Position numbers and translations under genes: made by a program
The notes under the pieces: model-generated
What the model was told of the DNA's origin: nothing
Database searches by the model: none
The model's input: only the letters and a program-made list of their open reading frames with translations
Origin: Octopus vulgaris
Lineage: Eukaryota
NCBI GenBank assembly: GCA_951406725.2
Contig: OX597831.1
Coordinates: forward strand, 28,210,001-28,274,000
Direction: 5' to 3'
DNA length: 64,000 nucleotides
Shown here: positions 13,912 to 27,115 of the stretch, piece by piece
Numbering within the stretch: position 1 is the stretch's first letter
Layout of the letters: every line of letters starts with the position of its first letter

Positions 13912-14862
13912 GAGTGAGATAAAGAGATTGATAGAGATCACATAACCTTATTGACTTTATTATTATGAACAAGCATGCATATTTATCGCTATATATACAG
14001 CCTACATTGTAATGAAATTGATTGATTTCACTCACTTATACTCAGATACACGCATGCATACATACACATGCACACACACACATGTGTACATAAATATATG
14101 GGTATATATGTGTGTGTGTGTATATTTGCACATACATATATATACACACATACGCATACATGTATATGTAAATATACATGTGAATATAGTTTGTATATAT
14201 ATGTGTGTGTGTATACATACTACTACTACTAATACTATTACTACTACTACTTGTGTACACAAACTGTTTAATGGTACATTGATTGCCAGCTGTTCTTTTT
14301 AAACATCATCTGACCATGTTGGTCAATTGGTCAATATTGTAGTCATTGACTACTATTACTACTACTACTACTACTATGGCCAGTGTACATGTGTAGTTTG
14401 TTGACCAAATGACCGGTTTTACTAATTCACTCAACAGTTGAATGCAAGTCTAGCGACGCTGGTGTTGGTGTTGGTTTGCATTGGCAAACACTATATCTAC
14501 TGATGTTGGTGAGTCTGGTTATGTCCTGGTGCCATGGGGCCCCCTCTTCTCCCCGCATTATAGAAACTTGACTGAACTTATTAACATCACTGTGTATGTA
14601 CGTCTATATATATCTTCTATCGTTTGTCCTTCTCTAGTTGCAGTCAGTAGACTGTAGCCATGCTGGGGCACCACCTTGAAGAATATTTAGTTGAAGGAAT
14701 CAACCCCCAGTAATTTTAATTTTTGATTTTCTTTTAAGCCTAGCACTTATTCTGTCGGCCCCTTTTGCCCAACTGCTAAAGTATGGGGACATAAAGACAT
14801 CAACACCATTGGTCAAACAGTGATGGGGGTCAAACGCAAGCACAAAGGCTCACACACACACA

Positions 14863-14895
<33 letters not shown>

Positions 14896-15060
14896 CAGGT
14901 TTCTTTCAGTTTCCATCTACCAAATCCACTCACATGGCTTTGGTTGGCCTTAAGCTATAATAGAAGACACTTGCCCAAGATGCCATACAGTGGGACTGAA
15001 ACCGGAGACATGTGGTTGGGAAGCAAGCTTCTTACCATACAGCCATGCCTATATATATAT

Positions 15061-15255
15061 CATCATCATCATCGTTTAACATCCGTTCTCCATGCTAGCA
15101 TGGGTTGGACAGTTCGACCGGGGATCTGGGAAGCCAGAAGGCTGCACCAGGCTCCAGTCTTATCTGGCAATGTTTCTACAGCTGGATGCCCTTCCTAACG
15201 CCAACCACTCCGTGAGTGTAGTGGGTGCTTTTTACATGCCACCTGCACAGGTGCC
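15061..15255 (-). mobile_element. RTE LINE 3' UTR fragment
   Basis: Reverse complement of about 13720-13911, including the (CAT)n tail. Confidence 0.85.
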
Positions 15256-15665
15256 AGGCATACGATCATCATCATCATTTAGTTCCGCTTTTCCATGCTT
15301 GCGGTAATAAGATGGAATTTGTCAAGTCAGATTCTCTGTCGCTGGATGCCCTTCTTGTCATGATCCCTCACCTGATTCCAAACAAGGTAATATTTCCCCC
15401 ATGGTCAAATGTTTTTCATAGACTACTGGAAATGAACAACCTCACTTATATGATGACGGTGCTTGCTTCATGTGATGTCAAGACATGGAACGGTATACAA
15501 AACCACATTCATACACATGAGTGAGATGCAGGGCTCCAACTCATGGTGGAGTGCAGTATGTGTGCATTCTGTACATGAAAGTGTATGTGAAATATTAATA
15601 GAGATGATGATGATGATGATATATATATATGTGTGTGTGTATATTTGTATACACACACACACACA

Positions 15666-15705
<40 letters not shown>

Positions 15706-15905
15706 TATATATATGAGACTTGCATGCACACATGCTCTTTGTAATTCCCATACATAATCTGTTCTGTCCCCAGAGGCAGTATCTGAAGAGAGGTTTTCTC
15801 TGTCTGGTTTGAGAACAGATGGTAGTAATATGTGTACCCTGTGTGTGTGTGTGTGTGTGTTTATGGGTGCACACACGATCATCATCAGTAGCAACAACAG
15901 ATCTG

Positions 15906-15951
<46 letters not shown>

Positions 15952-16332
15952 CTCTTTTACTCGTTTCAGTTATTTGACTAAGGCCATGCTGAAGCACCAC
16001 CTTTATTCAAAGAAATCGACCCCTTGACTTATTCTTTGTAAGCCTAGTATTTATTCTATTGGTCTCTTTTGCCGAATTGCTAAGTTATGGGAACATACAC
16101 ACACCAACATCAGTTGTCAAAGTGATGGTGGAAGGACAAACACAGACACACAAAGATGCACGACGAGCTTCTTTCAGTTTCCGTCTACCAAATTACCAAA
16201 TCCACTCAGAAGGCTTTGGTTGGCCCGAGGCTATAGTAGAAGACACTTGCCGAGGGTGCCACGCACTGCAACTAATTCCGGAACCATGTGATTGGGAAGC
16301 AAGCTTCTTACCACACAGCCACTCGTATATAG

Positions 16333-16426
<94 letters not shown>

Positions 16427-16536
16427 CTTTCATTTGCTTTTCATAATGGCATGGGTTGGCTGATTCCTTATAATTCAAGTTAGTTTTTCTTCGGATACTC
16501 TGCCTGCTAAGGTAGGGCAATGGACCTCATCTTTCT

Positions 16537-16756
16537 TGAAGTGCTGAAAAGTTCCTGGCTTTAGGGGTATTACAAAAAGCCTGGTTGGAGGGGAGATATA
16601 ACCTTTGGACTTCTTTTATAGGCCTTAGGAAAACAGAAGGACTGCTGCAATAAGCGTGTGAATCTGAGAGGAGAATATGTTTAATAAAATCATAATTAAC
16701 TGATCCTCCTGTATTTTCTAATACCCAAAGCCAGGAAGTTTTCAGCACCCCTTCAT
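16537..16756. mobile_element. Mariner-derived MITE
   Basis: TIRs gtgctgaaaagttcctggcttt and aaagccaggaagttttcagcac. Same family as 61765-62211. Confidence 0.75.
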
Positions 16757-17989
16757 ATATTTAATTTTATCATGGCTTCTATAGATGGATGCCCTTCATA
16801 ACTCCAACCTCTTTATAGATTATACTGAATGCACGTTATCATTGCACCAGCACTAGTGGATGTGCTTTGTTCTCTGCAAGACTAAAGAGTTTTCACTACT
16901 CTGCATTGTATATATACTTGTTCTGGGTTACATGATCTGTGAGGATGACTAGAAAAGAGGGGTAGAACAGAAGATAAACTAGAGTGAGAGAGTGAAAGTG
17001 TGATTAGTAGAATCAGAGTGATTAGTGTGAGAGGAAGGAATAAAAGAGAAAAAAAATGTGTTGGCGGGAGGAATGGAAGAGAGATTGTAATTGAAGGAGA
17101 GGTACTGATGTTTATGATTTACTGAGAGTCCAAGTTTTAAGCAGTCATAGAGGCAGGTGATGGCAAGGGAGAATTATGTGATCCATCACTAAACAGGCAT
17201 CACGATAAGAGAGATAGATGGAGAGAGGTAGTGATGGTGTTTGTGGCAATTGGATTGGACTAGATCCAAAGCTGTCTCTCATTAATCATCATCGTAGAGT
17301 GAGTAGGAGAGAGTGTGGGGTGGGGAGATAAGAGGGTATCAAAGAGACGGAAGATTAACAGGGATATATAATGGGCTCATGGCCTAGTGCTTAATGCCCT
17401 CACGACTGCAAAATCATGGTTTTGATTTTTGGACCAGGCAATTCATTGGGTTCTTCAGCAAAATATTTCATTTCATGTTACTCTGTGATCACTTCAACAT
17501 CTGATGTGTAGTACACTATGCACCTGTACAGGTAATGTGAATTTGATGGAGGGATCACTTCAAACAAATCGTCAGTGTAGATTGTTCTCAAAGAAACTGC
17601 AAAGTCAGTGTTAGAGAGACCACTAAAAAAAGAAAAAGGGGTCTAGGTGAGGATTGATTATACACCCCAGTCTCCATTTTCAACACAAATTTATGTTGTT
17701 TCTCATTTCTTTATTGCCCACAAGGGGCTAAACATAAAGGGGACAAACAAGGACAGACAAAGGGATTAAGTCGAGTAGATCGACCCCAGTGCGTAACTGG
17801 TACTTAATTTATCGACCCCGAAAGGATGAAAGGCAAAGTCGACCTCGGCAGAATTTGAACTCAGAACGTAACAGCAGACGAAATACCGCTAAGCATTTCG
17901 CCTGGTGTGCTAACGTTTCTGCCAGCTCACCGCCTTATGATGTTTCTACAGATGGGTGGGTATGTCCAGCACCTCATGTCACCTATTGT

Positions 17990-18535
17990 TATGGTCTTTC
18001 ATGAGATTCAGCATCTTGAAATCAGTCTTCATTACATCATTCCATATCTCCCTCTTCCATGGGTTTGATCCGCTTCAAGCACTCAATACTCCCTTATGCA
18101 TCTGTCATCCTTCATACGCATCTCATACCCATACCACTACAGCATGCTTTATCTGGTCCCTCTTATACCCAGTTTTTCTTTCAGCTCATTTGGGCTCCAT
18201 TGTTCACAAGTCCACTAACATGACACAGCTAGCAGAGCATGCTGACTCCATTTCTTTCTAGTCTTTGCAAATACCTTACATTCGATGCCCAGATCTCTTT
18301 ACCATGCATTGCTGTTGTCTGCACACATGTCTCGTACAACCTACTTTTCACTGAGAGAGAGAGAGAGAAAGGGGGGCGGGGAGAGACCCTGATGTCTGCA
18401 TATTAGTGACTCCCTGAACTTTCTCCACCCCATTCTTACTCTGACTGCAAAGCTATCTGTACACACACCTACCCTGTTAATTAGGTCACCTAGGTAACAA
18501 AAGCTATCGATTACTTCTAGTAAGCTGTCTTAGTT
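17990..18535 (-). mobile_element. Degenerate RTE LINE ORF fragments
   Basis: Minus strand gives LEVIDSFCYLGDLI and W-Y-G...MKDD-like remnants with frameshifts and deletions. Confidence 0.6.
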
Positions 18536-20039
18536 ATTTCACTTGCATTTATACTACTACTACTACTACAACTACTACTACTACTACTTATTCATTGTAC
18601 TATTTATTAATCTATGCACCTGTCACATGATGCTTACCTCCTCTGTCAACCAGGCTGTGAGCTGGTTACACCTCATGCTGTTCGTCTGTACCTTACACCA
18701 GTTATGAGCAAACTGCAGCTTGTAGGGCTTTCTGAATTGCTCGCCCAGCAAAAAATTACCTTGAATGCTATTAGTAATGCAATCTGCTTGATGATGAACC
18801 ATGTCTTATGTGGAGGCATGTGGCTGAGGGGTTAGGGTGTTGGACTTGTGATTGTGAGATTGTGGTTTTGATTCCTGAGTTGGGTGACGTGTTATGTTCT
18901 TGATCAAAACAGTCCGTTTCATATTGCTCTTGTCTACTCAGCTGGCAAAACGAGTAATCCTGTGACTGACTGGTGTCCAGTCCAGGTGGGAAATATATAT
19001 GCTATGAAACCAGGTAACCAACTCTTATGAGTTGCTTCAACTCGAGAAGGTAAATTTACCTTTATGCTGCATGTAGCCTGCTATTCATAAAAGGTTGCCC
19101 TTGCCTGCTTTATGCTATATGAAATTTTTATCAAGTATAGCTACTTCCCTGATGACAATTGAGTTCCGTCTGCTTTTCTTCATGCTAGTACCTTGCTCTT
19201 TACTAAGTTTACCTTGAGATTTCGGTCCAGATTTTTAAAAAAAAACACTGTTTGGCATGGTCTAAGCACATGAAACTAATAGTAGCACATAAATATGTAT
19301 ATTGTGTTTATTAAATTATATCTATATCTGTATAGATATGGATAGATGGATAGATAGACACACACGCATGCATGCATGCGTGTGCGCTTTCTCACTCGCT
19401 CACTCACTCACTCACTCTTCTATCTTTACCTGAACCCCCTCTCTTCTAAAATATGAGTAGTGATGTAGCTCCCCTTCAACAAGAAACCTATTCTATTTCA
19501 GACCTTTTTCTCTCATACTTTACTCCTCTTTTATTCCTTATTCTTCTAACATAAAGTTCACCCTTCCCACATAAGGCATTAAAAATCAAGCACCCAGTAT
19601 GCACTGGCCATCAAGTCACAGAAATCATGCAAAAACAGATTCTGGTGTATGATGCAGTCTCTCTCTCTCATCCTCCCCTCTCTCTCTCTCTCACCCCCCC
19701 TCTCTCTCTCACACACACACACACTTAAATACAGATATTAAGATCTGTCTATTTATAGCTGTAAATATGTGAAACATTTGAGGAAGATAATCCTGCTTCA
19801 TTTGGATAGATTAGAGAGATTATAGTAGTAGTTCAAGTAGTATGTAAGTAAATTAGTAAGCAACGTTACAAAGATAGCTATATATCTGTTAACACTTCCA
19901 TATTTTATATGCACTCACTCTCACTCAAGCTCAGCCTTACTTTACTGTCAGCACTTGACTAAGTCACTATCAGCCTATCCCTCTCTCTCTCTCTCCCTAT
20001 CTATCTCTCTGTCTGCTTGTACATATGTATAAGTACGTG

Positions 20040-20077
<38 letters not shown>

Positions 20078-20080
<3 letters not shown>

Positions 20081-20924
20081 GGTGCAGTGAATAAACTGTT
20101 TAAATTATGCAAAAATGAAAATAACACTGACATCTCATTTTAACATATATTTACTTAGATTGCATAAAAATATCTTGGGATACTAAAGAGTAAATTTATT
20201 CAGTAAAATCGCCATTGGCTTCAACCATGGCCCCTGAGCAACTTCGGAATCTCCTGCAACTCTTCTGGATTTTCTCCTTGTTTAAGTTGGTGAATGCTTT
20301 CAGTTCATCTTTGGTGTTGCAAGGAGTTTGTTGGTCTCTCGCTCAACTGTGTCCCACACGTAATAATCAAGGGGGTTGCAGTTTGGGGAGTTAGGTGACT
20401 AGATGTTAGGGTTGATGTAGTCACAGAAATTATTTGACAGACATGACTTCTTTCTCCTGCATTTGTGGCATGGTGCAGAGTCTTCCAGCAGCCACCCTCT
20501 TGATCCAGGGCAGCACCACCTCCTCCAGGCACTTGATGTAGGCCTCTGTGATGAGTCTGAGGCCATGTGGGAAGATGAATGGAGGCATAATGTTGCTATC
20601 ATTAGTGATCACTCCAAACACCATGATGTTGACTGGATGTTTGATTTTTATCACTCTCAGTACATGTCCTCAGATTGCACTGCTCTCATATAGGCACACA
20701 AACACTCTGAAATCTTCATATTGGAGCCTCTGTCACGAATGCCAAGCAGTACAGCATGTCATTTCCAAATTTCTGGCTGAGTGAATTGCGTCATGCTGCT
20801 GTTTTTTCTCACAAACAGTGCCCAACTGACCTTACTATACTGTGTAGTCGACAAAATAAAAAACAAACAATGCGCATGTGCGAAATTAAAGCTAAAATGG
20901 TGACAATTTATCCATCACACCCTG
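20078..20924 (-). mobile_element. Tc1/mariner (DD37D/maT-like) internally deleted transposon
   Basis: TIRs cagggtg...ataaa and tttat...caccctg flanked by TA. Transposase remnants KHPVNIMVFGVIT...MPPFIFPHGLRL...VVLPWI, DSAPCH and PPNSPNCNPLDYYVW. Confidence 0.85.
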
Positions 20925-20934
20925 TATATATATA

Positions 20935-21248
20935 TAGAGCATCGAGCTTACGATTGTGAGGTTGTGAGTTCGAATCCTAGACCGGGTTGCATGTTGTGTT
21001 CTTGAGCAAGACACTTTATTTCACGTTGCTCCAGTTCACTCAGCTGTAGAAATGAGTTGCGACGTCACAGGTGCCAAGCTGTATCTGCTGTTGCCTTTTC
21101 CTTGGATAACACAGCTGGCGTGGAGAGGGGAAGCCAGTATGAATGGGCGACTGCTGGTCTTCCATAAAACAACCTTGCCCAGACTTGTGCCTGAGAGGGT
21201 AACTTTTTAGGTACAATCCCACGGTCAGTCATGACCGAAGGGGGTCTC
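20935..21248 (+). mobile_element. tRNA-derived SINE family D
   Basis: B box gagttcgaatcc, core gtgttcttgagcaagacactt, end catgaccgaagggggt. Others at 6825-7107 (+) and 21303-21626 (-). Related heads at 17375, 18815, 26350 and 43435. Confidence 0.8.
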
Positions 21249-21262
21249 AGTATATGCATATA

Positions 21263-21298
<36 letters not shown>

Positions 21299-21302
21299 GT
21301 AA

Positions 21303-21626
21303 AACCCCACTTCGGTCATGAATGACCATGGGATTGCACCTAGAAAGTTCTCCAAGACACAAGTCTGGGCAGATTTGTTTATGGATGACTAGCAGTCGGC
21401 CATGTATACCAGCCTCCTCCCTCCTTACCACTGATGTTATCCAAGAGAATGGCAAAGGCCGATACAGCTTGGTGTCTGTGACATCACAAATCATTTCTAC
21501 TGGTTAGTGAACTGGAGCAACATGAAATAAAGTGTCTTGCTCAAGAAACACAACACACAACCCAGTCCAGGAACTGAACTCACTACCTCATGATTGTGAG
21601 CCTAACCACTGAGCCATGCACCTTCA
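21303..21626 (-). mobile_element. SINE family D
   Basis: Reverse complement of 20935-21248 plus head gaaggtgcatggctcagtggttagg. Confidence 0.8.
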
Positions 21627-22199
21627 CATTGTGTGTGTTCTCTGTGTCTATTTCATATATGTATATTTCCACCATTAGGATAGCATGGCAAGAAACTTCG
21701 AGTAGTAGTGAAGTGGGTTGTCATAGAAATTAATGAGCTCTACTACTTGTGTTGAGTACATTTTCTTCCACTTGCTTATTGAAATACCATACATAGATCT
21801 CCCTGCCTCCACATACAAATACACACACACACACATCCATACATGCACAGACACACATATGTTCATACAGATACTGCACACACAATTCATATTCTTGCAA
21901 CCTGTAAGCATAACACACATACAAACACACACATGCATATGTTCTGCTGTAAGATTTTATGAAAATGTCAGGCATTATGAGAAAGCTGCTTAAAAATCGA
22001 TGTTTGAGTCTTTGGTGCAGAAGGTGGACAGACGGAGTGGGGTGGACTGTTGGGTGGAAGGGCAGTGAGGTGAATGGATGTATGGCAGGATAGGGAGGTT
22101 GTTCAAGAGGTGGATGGGGGAGTGGCTAGAAGGATGGATACGTAGATGGAATCATTTTGTTTCTCTGTTGCTGTCTGCAATACTAGAGTCATGTTGCTG

Positions 22200-22940
22200 T
22201 AGTAATACGACTGCAGTAACTGTAATGTAACTGTATTGTAACATAACTGTGTGACTAAATGTGACTGGAACATAATTGTAGTGTAACTGAAATTTGGTTG
22301 TAGTTTCTCTAGTGTGTCTGTAGTGTGACAAGTGGGACATCACTGTAACTCTAGTGTGATTGGTGTGTAACTGGTGTGAGCGTAATATGATTGTAGTATC
22401 ACATCAGTGGGATTGTAGTGTGACTGGGGAGTGTAGTGGGCATGTAGTGTGACAAAGGTGTGACTGTAGGGTAACTGTAGTGTGACAGTAGTGTAACATA
22501 ACTGTGTGGCTAAATATGATTGGAACATAATTGTAGTGTAACTGTAGTTGACTGTAGTCACTCTAGTGTGTCTGTATGTGACAAGTGGAACATCACTGTA
22601 ATTCTAGTGTGATGGGAGTGTAACTGGCTGTATGAATGTGACTAACATAATTGTAGTGTAACTGTAGTGTGTCTAGTGTGACAAGTGGGGCATCACTGTA
22701 ACTCTAGTGTTATTGGTGTGTAACTGGTGTGACTGTAATATAATTGTAGTATCACATCAGTGGGATTGTAGTGTGAATGTAGTGTGACTGGAGAGTGCAG
22801 TGGGCATGTAGTGTGGCAAAGGTGTGACTGTAGGGTAACTGTAGTGTGACAGTAGTGTAACTTATGTAATAATGGTGTGCCAATGGTGTAACTAATGCAA
22901 CATTAATGTGACTAATTGTGACTGTGGTATAACTGTGAAG
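22200..22940. repeat. Degenerate 11-bp minisatellite (TGTAGTGTRAC) with higher-order duplication
   Basis: 22313-22498 is repeated at about 22668-22861. Confidence 0.85.
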
Positions 22941-24442
22941 TGACAGTCAAACTGCAACTGACAGTTGTAAACATGAAGTCAGTGTACACCAATATCAGTT
23001 CAAAAGAACTAAAATTTAGATCTAGACAGTTTAACCGTCACTACAACTACCAATGTATTACCGTTGTTACTACACCAGTCACCACCACCACCACCACCAC
23101 CACCACTATCTCCCAACATTACCACTGCTACCACTACATCCATCAATGCACCAGAAGCCTCACCACCACCACCACCATCATTATCACCATCACTATCACC
23201 CCCACCTCCACCACTACCAACGTCACTGTCCCCACTATCATCATTGCTATCTCCACCATCTTCACTATCACCACCACTACCACCACCACCACCACCATCA
23301 ACTCACCCAACACCTATAACAAATCTATTCAAAATCTTTCATATCTGAAGGAAATTAAAAAGGAATTCTGTAGAAATGGTAAAGTTATCTCTGCCTCCTT
23401 CTCTCCCGCCTCCTCCCACACTTCCCTTCCTCCTTGTCATTGTCGTCCACCCCCCAACTCCCTTCTCTTCACTTCACCCCCCCCCCACATCAGGTTCTGT
23501 AATTAAGGAATCACAAATAAAGTTAGTAGTTTCTAAAAATAGATTTGAAAGAGATTAGCCATGAATGGGCGATACTTTGAAGCAACAACAAACAAACAAC
23601 AACAACAACTACAGCAGCAGCAACAGCAACAGCAGCAGCAGCAATAACAACAGCAATAACAACAACTATATTATATCATCAAGATCCAAGTGAAATTTTA
23701 TGTGGTTGTTTGATCTGTTACAAATAACAGCCATACTTCTTTCAAGTCACACATTACTGTTAGAAAAGGATGTGTTGGATGATATATAGTGCTGAGTTCA
23801 TTGTACATGGTATAAAAAGATGGGGTGGTCATGACTGGAACACCTTCGATACTAGGTCTTGTGGATCGAAGCTGACCTAGGACTAAACAAAAACAGCAAC
23901 AACCATAGCAACAAACATAATGACAAGATTTCTGAGAAGTTGTAGTTTAATTGTAGTTTGTTCGGTAGTTTTAGTGGTGTGTGGTCGTAATGTGTGATTT
24001 TAGTAATGTGTGATTTTAATAACGTGCATTCCAGATGTTTTAAGACTTTTTCAGGAGAGACGTTTATTAATTTCAAAGAAGTACCAAACTCTAATCTTCT
24101 TCAAAGTAGGCTCGTCTGAATTCAGTGCACTTGTAGTGTTCCAGTTACTTCGTGAAGGGCCCCTATGAAAGTCCTTCAAAGTGAAGGCATCCAGGGCCCT
24201 TGTCACAGCCTCCTTCATCTTCTCCTTCAGCTTAGGGAACATCCTCCCCCACCAAAAAAAAACAAACAAAAAAACAGTCGAGCACACAATGGAGAGATCT
24301 CTTCAGAGGAAGAATTCCCACCTGACAAGTGTTTCAGCCCTTATACTTGACACTATGGGAGCTAGGCCCACCCAGGTCATGACACACAGGTGTCCTCCTG
24401 CTGTTTTCCAAAATCCTGTCTCCAGTGGGATTTGAACCTAGG

Positions 24443-24768
24443 TTTATTTATTCATTTATGCACCCTTTTCAAGCCTAGCTAGGCTCACGGGCCCGGTTTC
24501 CCGGTTTCTATGGTGTATGTGTTCCCCCAGCTGGACAGGACGCCAGTCCATTGCGGCGTTACTCAAGAAACAGGAAGAAAAGGTGAGAGAAAGTTGGGCG
24601 AAAGAGTACAAGAGTCGCCACCACACCCTGCCGGAGCCTCGTGGCGCTTCAGGTGTTTTTGGCGCTTCAGGTGTTTTCGCTCAATAAACACAGAGAATGC
24701 CTGGTGTGAGAATTGAAGCCACAATCCTTTGACCGCGAGTCCGCTGCCCTAACCACTGGTCCATGTTC
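24443..24768 (-). mobile_element. SINE family E
   Basis: Aligns with 53287-53600. Confidence 0.8.
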
Positions 24769-25142
24769 CCAGGTCTGTATTTCAGTCCAGTATGCCACTC
24801 TGACTGACAAAGGAACCAGTTCTCTTTTTCCTTCTATTCTTGTAAATAACAAATGGAATTCATAACTAGGTCCGTTGGTCATTTCTCCTTGCCCATATCC
24901 CATTGAGCTCTTTTCAGCAATGTCAGATCACAGTTTCTTGGAGAAAGGTCAAGACTAGAGGGAAGATGAAGGTCAGTTTTGAAGCCCATCTTTGTCAAGT
25001 TCTTGGTTACCAGGATGGAACTGTCGACTGGTGCATTCTCCTGGGGCAACTGCTTTGGCTTTTTGTGATGAAATCTCTTTCTGAACTCCTTCAAAACCCC
25101 TGCAAAGTATTCTGTTGACCACCTGGCCAAAGGAAACCCAGT

Positions 25143-25590
25143 CATCATCATCATCATTTAACGTCCGTTTTCCATGCTAGCATGGGTTGGATGGTTTGAC
25201 AGGTCTGGTGAACCAGATGGCTTCACCAAACTCCTATCTAATCTGGCAGAGTTTCTACAGCTGGATGCCCTTCCTAACGGCAACAGCTCTGAGAGTATAG
25301 TGGGGGCTTTTACGTGCAACTGGTATGAGGTCAGTCAGGTGGTACTGGCAACGGCCATGCTCAAATGGTGTTTTTATGTATCACCTGCACAGGAGCCAGT
25401 CCAGTGGCACTAGCAACGCCCTTACTCGAATGTTGTTTTTCATGTACCCCCAGCACAAATGCCAGTAAGGCGACGCTGGTAATGATCACGCTAAAACAGA
25501 CTGTGAAGCTTGGTGCAATAGCTTGGTGCAGCACTGGCAACGACCTCGCTCGATTGTTTCTTTCATGTGCCACCAGCACAAGTGCCAGTG
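25143..25590 (-). mobile_element. RTE LINE 3' UTR fragment (different subfamily) inserted among mariner relics
   Basis: (CAT)n tail, tttaacgtccg end, ctacagctggatgcccttcctaacg core and internal tandem gtgccacc-containing units. Confidence 0.8.
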
Positions 25591-26263
25591 GATGTAGATG
25601 ATGTCCATGCTGTCAAAAAAGGAGGTCATCATGAGCTTCCCAGTGGACTTGCATTGCCTGGTCCCTTATGCCAGTGAAAAACAAATGCTCAGCTCCTACA
25701 AGTTAATCCATATGCAGTTTGGAGCATTTCAAAAATTTCTGCAGTGATTTCTCCCAGTTTGATATAAAACTATTGCACATAACAAGCTTGCATATTGTCT
25801 TCACATCCTACCTTCATTCTGCTAACTAGTCAGTTGTGACAAGCAGTGTTTAGCAGGGTGTGTTCAAAGTCTCATTCAATCTGGCGTAACAAAAAAATGT
25901 CAGGTCAGCTTATTAGATGTATAATAACGAGAGACTAAAATTACAGAAATCTACTGTGTCTCCTAAAAATGTTTTAAAACTTCTGGAATGACTCTTATGG
26001 TGGTAACAGTGCTGTGTGTTTGTAACAGTAGGGTGTTGGCTATTGTAGTGTGGTGGTGGTTGTCGTGGTGATAGTGGTGGTATGGTAGTGGGTGCAGGTA
26101 GGTTTACTGGTCAATAAAAATATATGGAGATTAAATAAAAACTAGAATTTATAGAAATGTTTGGGAAAAAACTAGTGTGTGGGTGGTAGTAGACTAGGAG
26201 TATGGTGGTGAAGGTGTGGTGGTGATAGTGGTGTTCATAGTAATGGTATTGTATGTGTATAAT

Positions 26264-26300
<37 letters not shown>

Positions 26301-26494
26301 GCACATATTTGTATTTATGTGTGTGTATGTGTACATATATATATAGTGAACGTGCATGGCTTAGTGGTTAGGGTATTCAGCTCACGATCATAAGGTTGTG
26401 AGTTCAATTCCTGGTGACACATTGTGTCCTTTAGCAAGACACTTTATTTCATGTTGCTCCAGTTCACTCAGCTGGCAAAAATGTGAAGTTGCTG

Positions 26495-27115
26495 GGCACA
26501 AATAGTTGTTGAACTCAGCTGTGTATGTGCACTAAGTTTTAATGTTCTAGCTCACTTCTGCTGTTTACAACAGTACTTGGAAGGAAGGTGTGTAGCATGA
26601 CAGAGAAAGTTGTCATGGCGATACCTGCTCTGAAGTATATGTGAAGTTGCAGAAAGTATATGAAGAGGAGTGTATGAGCCGCACACAAGTGTACGAGTGG
26701 TTCAAACATTTTCAAGATGGCCAAAAAAATGTCGATGTTGATGAATGTTCTGGGAGACCCCCAACCAGCAGAACTGAGAAAAACATTGCAGAAGCACATG
26801 CAGCTGTGAGGGGAGGAGATCTTGATTGTGTTGAGAATGAAAACTTTTTGAAAATTTTACATAGGTGTCTGAGCAGGTATCGCCAAGCTTTTGGCAAAAT
26901 TTGATGCAGATCCTCTGCTCAACTTTCTCAGTTATGGTCAATGCGATGATCACACGCTACACACCTTCCTACTAAGCATTGCTATAAACAGAAGCGAGAT
27001 AGAGCATTAAAACTTAGTGTGCATGCACAGCAGAGTTCAAGGTCAATCTGTGCCAAGCAACTTCACACTCTGCGTGCTTTAGCTTCGTTACTATGGCAAC
27101 AGTCTGGATACTTAT
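26495..27115. mobile_element. Two mariner 5' fragments in inverted orientation
   Basis: + strand LQKVYEEECMSRTQVYEWFKHFQDG...DECSGRP. - strand EQRICIKFCQKLGDTCSDTY. Shared 5' non-coding sequence is inverted. Confidence 0.8.

Larger units (their letters stand above)
24040..25997 (-). mobile_element. Fragmented mariner relic(s) interrupted by a SINE and an RTE fragment
   Basis: N-terminal KLGEITAEIFEMLQTAYG (about 25700-25760), HLPSSLDLSP (YSPDLAP-like, about 24930-24975) and C-terminal MKEAVTRALD-type segment (about 24070-24240). May be more than one element. Confidence 0.55.

Noticed and set aside
18614-18835. ORF considered as the missing N-terminal WHD exon
   Set aside because: No WHD-like LRQL/IF/R motif and no phase-1 donor. 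It ends in a SINE head.
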